Positions 57,443 to 62,780 of a stretch of DNA of 62,780 bases are shown here, piece by piece. Position 1 is the first letter of the stretch; every line of letters begins with the position of its first letter. A program made the position numbers and the translations under genes. The stretch covers positions 1-62,780 of the IMG/VR virus record IMGVR_UViG_3300036828_000344. One strand, written 5' to 3'. The notes beneath the pieces were generated by a model. That model was not told the origin of the DNA. It searched no databases and saw only the letters and a list, made by a program, of their open reading frames with translations. This DNA is from a virus. Lineage: Duplodnaviria; Caudoviricetes.

Positions 57443-58377
57443 GGTCTGTCATCCTCTTTGCTGATTGGGTACTGGAGCCGGTCTGCCTTAGGCAGGGTTA
57501 CGTTACAGCCCTCCGCTATCCGGGCCGAGGTCTCGATGGCCTCCCAGGCAGCCGTCCGCGAAAGGCCAGTCTTCATCAGCCGTCCGGCTAGCTCGCGATC
57601 GGATTCCGGTAGCGTCATCGGCACTTCATAATTCCACTCGCGAAGTACGTCATCAATCGAATGCTTGCCGCGATGAACGGCATGAAGGATAGCCTGCATT
57701 TCGCCATCCTCCGGCCGAGGGTAATGGACGTCACAAGTGACTACAAGCGGCACGCCAGTTTCTTTCGACAGCTTTTCATACGCGCGGTTTATCCGGCCGG
57801 ACTTATCCAGCTCCCAGAATGGCTGGACCTCAAGATAGAAGTCATCGCCAAACAGACGCTGGAACCGGTGAATGACTAGCCTTGCATCATCCCAGCCGTA
57901 GCCGTCTCGCGAGGTCGGCTCCGGTATATTCTTACCACCGACCAGAGAGCAGGCGAGCAGCGAGCCCGTACAGCCGGATAGCGCCACGAGACCTTCGCGG
58001 TTAGCCGCGAGGCTTACGCCGGAGACGGTCGGATGATAATGGTAATCCTTCCAGGACTGCGTTATGACCTTGTTGAGGTTCCGGTATCCCGTCTGATTCC
58101 TCGCGAGAATCGTTAGGTGGAATTTGTACTGTCCCCTGTGTTCCTCGTCAACGGCTCCGGTATAAGCCTCCAGCCCAAAGATAGGCTTGATGCCGGCAAT
58201 GAGCGCGTACTTCTCAAGCTGGAAGTGAGAGCTATTCCCGCCATGCTCGGTAAGCGCCATAGCGGTATAGCCGAGGGCGGCAGCGCGCTCGACATGGAAC
58301 CGTGGCAGCTTATGTCCGTCTCCGTGGCTGAAGGTCGAATGGCCGTGGAGATTGACATACTCCATAGCGGGATTCAT
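57391..58377 (-). CDS. PHP domain of DNA polymerase III alpha, encoded as a separate gene
   Basis: LHGHSTFS..DG, ALTEHG, IKPIFGLEAY, HLTILA, LSGC and T.DVHY. Confidence 0.93.
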   Translation of the reverse strand: MNPAMEYVNLHGHSTFSHGDGHKLPRFHVERAAALGYTAMALTEHGGNSSHFQLEKYALIAGIKPIFGLEAYTGAVDEEHRGQYKFHLTILARNQTGYRNLNKVITQSWKDYHYHPTVSGVSLAANREGLVALSGCTGSLLACSLVGGKNIPEPTSRDGYGWDDARLVIHRFQRLFGDDFYLEVQPFWELDKSGRINRAYEKLSKETGVPLVVTCDVHYPRPEDGEMQAILHAVHRGKHSIDDVLREWNYEVPMTLPESDRELAGRLMKTGLSRTAAWEAIETSARIAEGCNVTLPKADRLQYPISKEDDRPWTSTGKRPSAIPSRVS

Positions 58378-58528
58378 TGCTTCCAGCCCGCGAGCCGCTT
58401 ACGCCACCAGGTTGCCATACGGAAGTCTAGGCACCCACATTCCGGCATAGAGCAGTCAAGCCCCATCCGGTGATGCTCGTGGGCGAGGTACCTGTGGCCG
58501 CACATACACAGCCGGTTATCGAGAGGCA

Positions 58529-58903
58529 TTAGCCGGGCTCCCCTAGCTCGCCCCACTTTGTGCCCTTGTTCCGGAGGCGCCAGTACATACCGCCGAACGT
58601 CACAAGGTCGATGGCTGAGTCGCCGTCGAATTCGTCATGCCGCCAGGAGCGGTACCTGAGGCGTCCGGCCTTGTTGAGGATATCGAGCACGAGACCTTTC
58701 CAGCCTTTGCTCCGCCAGGTTGAGCCGTCCGGGGCATAGCCGCGAGTCGACATAATCATCAGCGAGAGCGCGTACGGCCCGGCCAGCTGATCGATGGCGT
58801 CTGGGGTCGGGTTGACTCCGAGGACTTTGATGAAGTCGAATGCGGCGTCATGGATGACGTCATCATCGATTTCCTCCAGGATCATTTCCTCTTGGGTATT
58901 CAT
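58529..58903 (-). CDS. Nucleotide-modification-associated domain (Nmad1/DUF1599-like, alpha-helical pyrophosphatase fold)
   Basis: Y...W...G......K..RL...DS..DL..F pattern; genomic context. Confidence 0.55.
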   Translation of the reverse strand: MNTQEEMILEEIDDDVIHDAAFDFIKVLGVNPTPDAIDQLAGPYALSLMIMSTRGYAPDGSTWRSKGWKGLVLDILNKAGRLRYRSWRHDEFDGDSAIDLVTFGGMYWRLRNKGTKWGELGEPG

Positions 58904-59166
58904 TCGCTCGCCTTTCTGACTTGCTCTTTGGTCCAGATACCGTCAAGCTCAGTAGTCGCCGGCCATTGACAGCCGCGACATTTGAGGAGTACGGTCGTTG
59001 TGCTGCTCGCCGGCATACGCGGGTGAATAGGGCTCGCCGGTAGCTTTACCCCTAGTATATCCCACATATGGACGTGCGCATTACTCGCCATTACCTGGAA
59101 TGCGCCGATGATGTGCTCGGCTATCCGCTGGAATGCCTCGGCGTCTGATGGTGCGTCCTCGGCCAT
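58900..59166 (-). CDS. Hypothetical protein
   Basis: Overlaps both neighbours; H.H.W and C..C. Confidence 0.6.
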   Translation of the reverse strand: MAEDAPSDAEAFQRIAEHIIGAFQVMASNAHVHMWDILGVKLPASPIHPRMPASSTTTVLLKCRGCQWPATTELDGIWTKEQVRKASE

Positions 59167-60077
59167 TATGGCCTCCGGGCTGCGCCGTAGCTAAGCGGCT
59201 CGTGCGGGTGAATGTCGGTCCACGTCTCCGGCCGGTCGCCTTTTCTGTGGTGCTCTTCCACGCGGTCGCGGATGTCGCAGTGCCGGTCAGCTGGGCCCAT
59301 GAACTCACAGCGGCCGGTCTGATAGCAGACGGGCCGGAACATCCGCACGATTGCTTCCTGCTGCCAGCGTTCCTCGTCCGGGCCGTAGGCGAGGATGGCG
59401 CGGATGATCTGTGCCCAGACCTGCTTCCACTCATACTGCGCTTGCGAGCAGAGCCGGAGCCCGGCGTGATCGATGAGGTTCCGGAGATTCGTGTGGTAGT
59501 GCATCCGGGTACCGATGTTGGTCGGCAGGACTCCGCGAGCGTCCTCGGCCGGAACGCCACCGTTCACCATCCGGCCGTAGCTCGCGGCTATGTACCGGGA
59601 TGTGGTCGTCCACTCGACTCGCAGCGGGTGATCTTCCGCTAGCCTCGCGATGAATTCCGGCATGATGATTGCCGTCTCGGCATCATCCTTGACCGCGAAT
59701 CGCATCGACTCCTGGACGTAGGTAGCCGTCCTCTGCCGGACGGCCTGGTGCGTCCAGCCTCGCGTGACGCCGGAGATGTGGAGGGAGATGCTGACCCATT
59801 CGAGCGGAGCCGGTAGGCCGCGCGCCTTGAGCGCACCGTGGTACCACTCCATCGCCCGTTCCTGCGTCACCAGGCGTGGGTCAGTAAAGACTCCACCCCG
59901 GTATAGCTCGCTGACCGCCGCGACTAGCCGGAGCGGATTCGCGGTCATGTCGACTACCGTGACCGTGGGGCCGCTTGCGTCAACGGGCTCGGCCGAGTAC
60001 ATCGCCTGATCGGCCCAGCGGACGGGCAGCCTAGGCCGGTCGCCCGGATCGTTGGGGTGTGGTCCTGGTCCAGCCAT
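59166..60077 (-). CDS. thyX: ThyX-like flavin-dependent enzyme with altered motifs
   Basis: GVTR..THQ.VRQR......ESMRF, EDARGVLP, NLR.L and RLC..AQ.EW. Confidence 0.85.
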   Translation of the reverse strand: MAGPGPHPNDPGDRPRLPVRWADQAMYSAEPVDASGPTVTVVDMTANPLRLVAAVSELYRGGVFTDPRLVTQERAMEWYHGALKARGLPAPLEWVSISLHISGVTRGWTHQAVRQRTATYVQESMRFAVKDDAETAIIMPEFIARLAEDHPLRVEWTTTSRYIAASYGRMVNGGVPAEDARGVLPTNIGTRMHYHTNLRNLIDHAGLRLCSQAQYEWKQVWAQIIRAILAYGPDEERWQQEAIVRMFRPVCYQTGRCEFMGPADRHCDIRDRVEEHHRKGDRPETWTDIHPHEPLSYGAARRP

Positions 60078-60376
60078 CAGTTCTTCTCCGGTTCTGGTGC
60101 GTTGAGTATGAGTGATGCCATCTCCAGGAATACCTCGGAGAGATCATGCTTGCTAAAAGTTTTGTTGGCCGGAAGCCAGAACGTAATGGCGCTCCGGTCG
60201 TCATCGTCGGCCGTGTGGTGAAGGATGTCCGGGCTCGCGAGGTACATGCGGGCTCCGAAATACCGGATGCCGGTATCGGCTAGCTTGGATACCAGCTCAA
60301 TTTCCGGGGTGAGTTCCTGAGAGTAGACGTTAATGCGCATTGCCGTCTCCGTTCTGATTCGCCTGCATTCGCGCAT
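60077..60376 (-). CDS. Hypothetical protein (likely start at MRINVYSQE)
   Basis: Operon packing. Confidence 0.6.
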   Translation of the reverse strand: MRECRRIRTETAMRINVYSQELTPEIELVSKLADTGIRYFGARMYLASPDILHHTADDDDRSAITFWLPANKTFSKHDLSEVFLEMASLILNAPEPEKN

Positions 60377-60791
60377 ATATCGTCGCGAGCTTACCCATTA
60401 GTATATCGCGCGTCATCTGCGCATCCTTTGTAAAATGCTGAAGCGCGAGAATTCCGGTGAATACCACATCGGCTATCTCGTCCAGCATCGCGCCGAATGC
60501 CTCTGCGTTCTCCGGCTTGCGGGGATTCTGGCCGGTAAACAGGATGAGGTCGGCAATCGACTTGCCGAGAGGAATGAGGATATGGCTAATGCGCGAGTAG
60601 TCCTCATCGGTCGCGTCCGTCATGGAGTCCAGGGCTTCCATGGCCTCGCTCAGTTCCTCGGTGATCTTCGCCACACGGGCCCAGTCCTGCGCCATGGGCT
60701 GGTTCTGGTACTTGACGGCTACCGCTCCGTCCAGCCAGAGGTCGATACTCGCGACTGACTGCCAGTCGATTGTGTCTACCTGATAATTCAT
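60330..60791 (-). CDS. MazG-like nucleotide pyrophosphohydrolase
   Basis: KITEELSE, GQNPRK and DEIADV. Confidence 0.75.
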   Translation of the reverse strand: MNYQVDTIDWQSVASIDLWLDGAVAVKYQNQPMAQDWARVAKITEELSEAMEALDSMTDATDEDYSRISHILIPLGKSIADLILFTGQNPRKPENAEAFGAMLDEIADVVFTGILALQHFTKDAQMTRDILMGKLATIYARMQANQNGDGNAH

Positions 60792-61657
60792 TTCTCTCCG
60801 ACCTCCCAGTCAAATGCCTTTGTGGTATGGATATTGCCGAGAATGTAATCGTCAACGTTGAGGCAGTCGGTTATGAAATTCCTCCACCGACAGCGGTACT
60901 TGGCCGGAGGCCGCGAGATATAGCGCTCGCCCCAACGGTCGAAGAATGCCTGGTGAACGCGCGCCCAGGATTCGGCCGACCGGTCATCCATCGACACGCC
61001 ACCGAATTCCGGCCCTGGATTCTGCCGCAACATTCCGTTTGTGGATATCCCGGTATAGATATACCAGGGAACGTTCATGCCTTTGTAGGCATACCGGGCT
61101 AGCTCGACATCCTCGGCCATCCGGAGCTTAGGGTCAAATCCTCCGACGTACTGAACGTTGCCGACGTTCAGGCCAAAGCAGTGATAGCCCAGGCTTCCGT
61201 TGTGGAGCCAGATACCGGGCTCGCGGTAGTTCTCCGCCATAGCGGTACCGCGCGAGAACAGGCCGTGTATTGACTCCCAGGCTCCGATTCCGACAACGTC
61301 ATCACGGGAGGCTGCCGCCAGGAGGCCCATAAGGTCTCCCTTGATGACCTGATCGTCATCGATCATGACGATAGCTTTGTAGCCGCGAGCGTTCGCGTGC
61401 CTGACGCAGAGGTCTCTGGCGTAGCCGATGCCCTTGGCGGGCTCGCTCCATTCCCGTCCGTCGCGCCACATAGGCAGCGCGAGACGGCTCCGGGTAATCG
61501 CCTCTCCGGTCTCCCGCTGGAACTGCCTAGCGGTCGTAACGTGAACCGGTACGGTGGCGTCCTGGGCTGCCAGAGCCTCGTGCACGGCCCTGATAGCGCG
61601 GATGAGGTACCGCGTCCGGTCGCGAGTCGGGATGTAGACTGCGTACTTGTCCGGCAT
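60788..61657 (-). CDS. GT-A glycosyltransferase resembling TET/JBP-associated DNA glycosyltransferases
   Basis: VYIPTRDR, GIGYAR, MIDDD, EDVEL and late GG motif. Confidence 0.75.
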   Translation of the reverse strand: MPDKYAVYIPTRDRTRYLIRAIRAVHEALAAQDATVPVHVTTARQFQRETGEAITRSRLALPMWRDGREWSEPAKGIGYARDLCVRHANARGYKAIVMIDDDQVIKGDLMGLLAAASRDDVVGIGAWESIHGLFSRGTAMAENYREPGIWLHNGSLGYHCFGLNVGNVQYVGGFDPKLRMAEDVELARYAYKGMNVPWYIYTGISTNGMLRQNPGPEFGGVSMDDRSAESWARVHQAFFDRWGERYISRPPAKYRCRWRNFITDCLNVDDYILGNIHTTKAFDWEVGEK

Positions 61658-62238
61658 CAGTACTCCACAAAGTCCTCGGTGCGGATCAGCTGCGTCACGA
61701 GAACCGTGTTGCGCTCCGTTAGGCCCATGATCATGTTGAAGCCAATCCGGAGCTTCCAGCCTCTCCCATCATCACCGTCAACGGCTCCGTCTCCGGTGTC
61801 ATAGTAGTGGTCGCTGAAGGCATTCTTCCAGACGTCAGTCGCGAACCGGGTACGGTGCTCGAAACAGTTGTGCGCTAGCTCCGAGGTATAGTGGCCGGCT
61901 ATGTTGACGAACCAGCCGCCCACCTTGAGGACTCGCTGTGCTTCTGCGAGCACAAAGACCGGCCGGGCGAAATGGTCCATGGCGTGGGAGGTAAAGATGC
62001 CATCGACCGACTCATCGTCATACGGTAGCTGGTCCTTGTTGGCGTCCCATTCCGGGTAATCAAGATTGCGCCAGTCGTATGTGGCCATAGGGCTGCCGTC
62101 GATTGTCTTCCGGCCGGAGCCTAGGTGAAGGTACAGGCCTCCGGTAACCGGGTATGTGTCGATAAATCTGGGGAAGTCACGGATCATCCCGATATTGAAA
62201 TGGTCCCAGAGGCTTACCGGGTGGCTGAAGTCGGTCAT
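61657..62238 (-). CDS. SAM-dependent methyltransferase (Methyltransf_11-like)
   Basis: LHLGSG, LPYDDESVD.I..SH..DH and RVLKVGG. Confidence 0.82.
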   Translation of the reverse strand: MTDFSHPVSLWDHFNIGMIRDFPRFIDTYPVTGGLYLHLGSGRKTIDGSPMATYDWRNLDYPEWDANKDQLPYDDESVDGIFTSHAMDHFARPVFVLAEAQRVLKVGGWFVNIAGHYTSELAHNCFEHRTRFATDVWKNAFSDHYYDTGDGAVDGDDGRGWKLRIGFNMIMGLTERNTVLVTQLIRTEDFVEY

Positions 62239-62390
62239 TTTGCTTCCTCCGGGATGGGGTGTTCTACCATTACTGAAGTCCAGCCGTTGTCGCCCATCCG
62301 GCCGTAAAGCGCCGATAGGATCTGCGACATCAGCTTGTCGTCCGGTATCTCTTCCTTACGGCCAAGATGAATTCTGACGTCGATAAACAT
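62235..62390 (-). CDS. 51-aa hypothetical protein
   Basis: TAATG and ATGA overlaps with the SDR and methyltransferase genes. Confidence 0.55.
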   Translation of the reverse strand: MFIDVRIHLGRKEEIPDDKLMSQILSALYGRMGDNGWTSVMVEHPIPEEAK

Positions 62391-62780
62391 TAGCGGCCTC
62401 CGTTGATTGAGATGATAGAGCCGGTCATCTGTGCCGGGCCGGTCAGGACCCAGGCGATTGTCTCGGCTACCTCTGCGAGGCTCGCTCGCCGCTTAGTTGG
62501 GACGTTCTGCCGTTCATAGTTGCGGGCCTGATCCGGAGTCCAGCCACGGAATGTGGGCACGGCATCATCGATGTAGTCGGTCATGTCCGTGTCCTCCACC
62601 ATGCCGGGCGCGACCGCGTTGATGCGATGGAGCGGAGCTAGCTCGCGCGCCATGACCTTGACGGCCATGTTGAGAGCGGCCTTGGAGGCGCAGTACGCGA
62701 CGGAGCCGCGCATAGGGATCTCGGCCGCGTCCGACGATACCGCGACGGCCGAGAGCGCGCTGTTGTGGTATTGCAGTATG
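62390..62780 (-). CDS. SDR, 3' part (joins 1-440)
   Basis: YCASKAA catalytic motif, RINAVAPG and terminal TG.II.INGG. Confidence 0.9.
   Translation of the reverse strand, partial: ILQYHNSALSAVAVSSDAAEIPMRGSVAYCASKAALNMAVKVMARELAPLHRINAVAPGMVEDTDMTDYIDDAVPTFRGWTPDQARNYERQNVPTKRRASLAEVAETIAWVLTGPAQMTGSIISINGGR
62640..62780. repeat. Terminal overlap, copy 2
   Basis: Matches 1-141. Confidence 0.97.

Noticed and set aside
62640-62780. Biological direct terminal repeat
   Set aside because: It falls mid-gene, and 141 bp is a typical assembler k-mer overlap.
1-62780. Integrase, ParA/ParB, tRNA, rRNA or CRISPR array
   Set aside because: None recognised by eye; divergent members or tRNAs could be missed without HMM or tRNAscan searches.

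Overview
The window is an apparently complete, circularly assembled genome (about 62,639 bp) of a high-GC, actinobacteriophage-type siphovirus. Bases 1-141 recur at 62640-62780 with one mismatch. A rightward block (26002-54018) encodes a primase-polymerase/helicase, a likely origin, HNH, terminase, portal, head and tail genes and an amidase endolysin. A leftward block runs across the contig join and encodes an SNF2 helicase, Cas4-like exonuclease, AAA ATPase, SSB and a split DnaE. It also holds a large nucleotide-modification cluster: FAD oxidoreductase, HAD phosphatase, SDR, methyltransferase, glycosyltransferase, MazG-like protein, a motif-altered ThyX-like enzyme and an Nmad1-like protein. 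The accessory region carries a Streptomyces-plasmid-type transfer module (HTH regulator, SpdA/DUF2637-like membrane protein fused to an Lsr2-like domain, TraB/FtsK-like ATPase, small membrane protein), with no recognisable integrase or ParA. Other signals are a recurrent GAAAGGCGAG start-associated motif, a family of GAGCCCGG hairpins, two pairs of domain-sharing paralogs, Tat-exported proteins and C2H2-like zinc-finger microproteins. All product calls come from motif recognition by eye, not from database searches.
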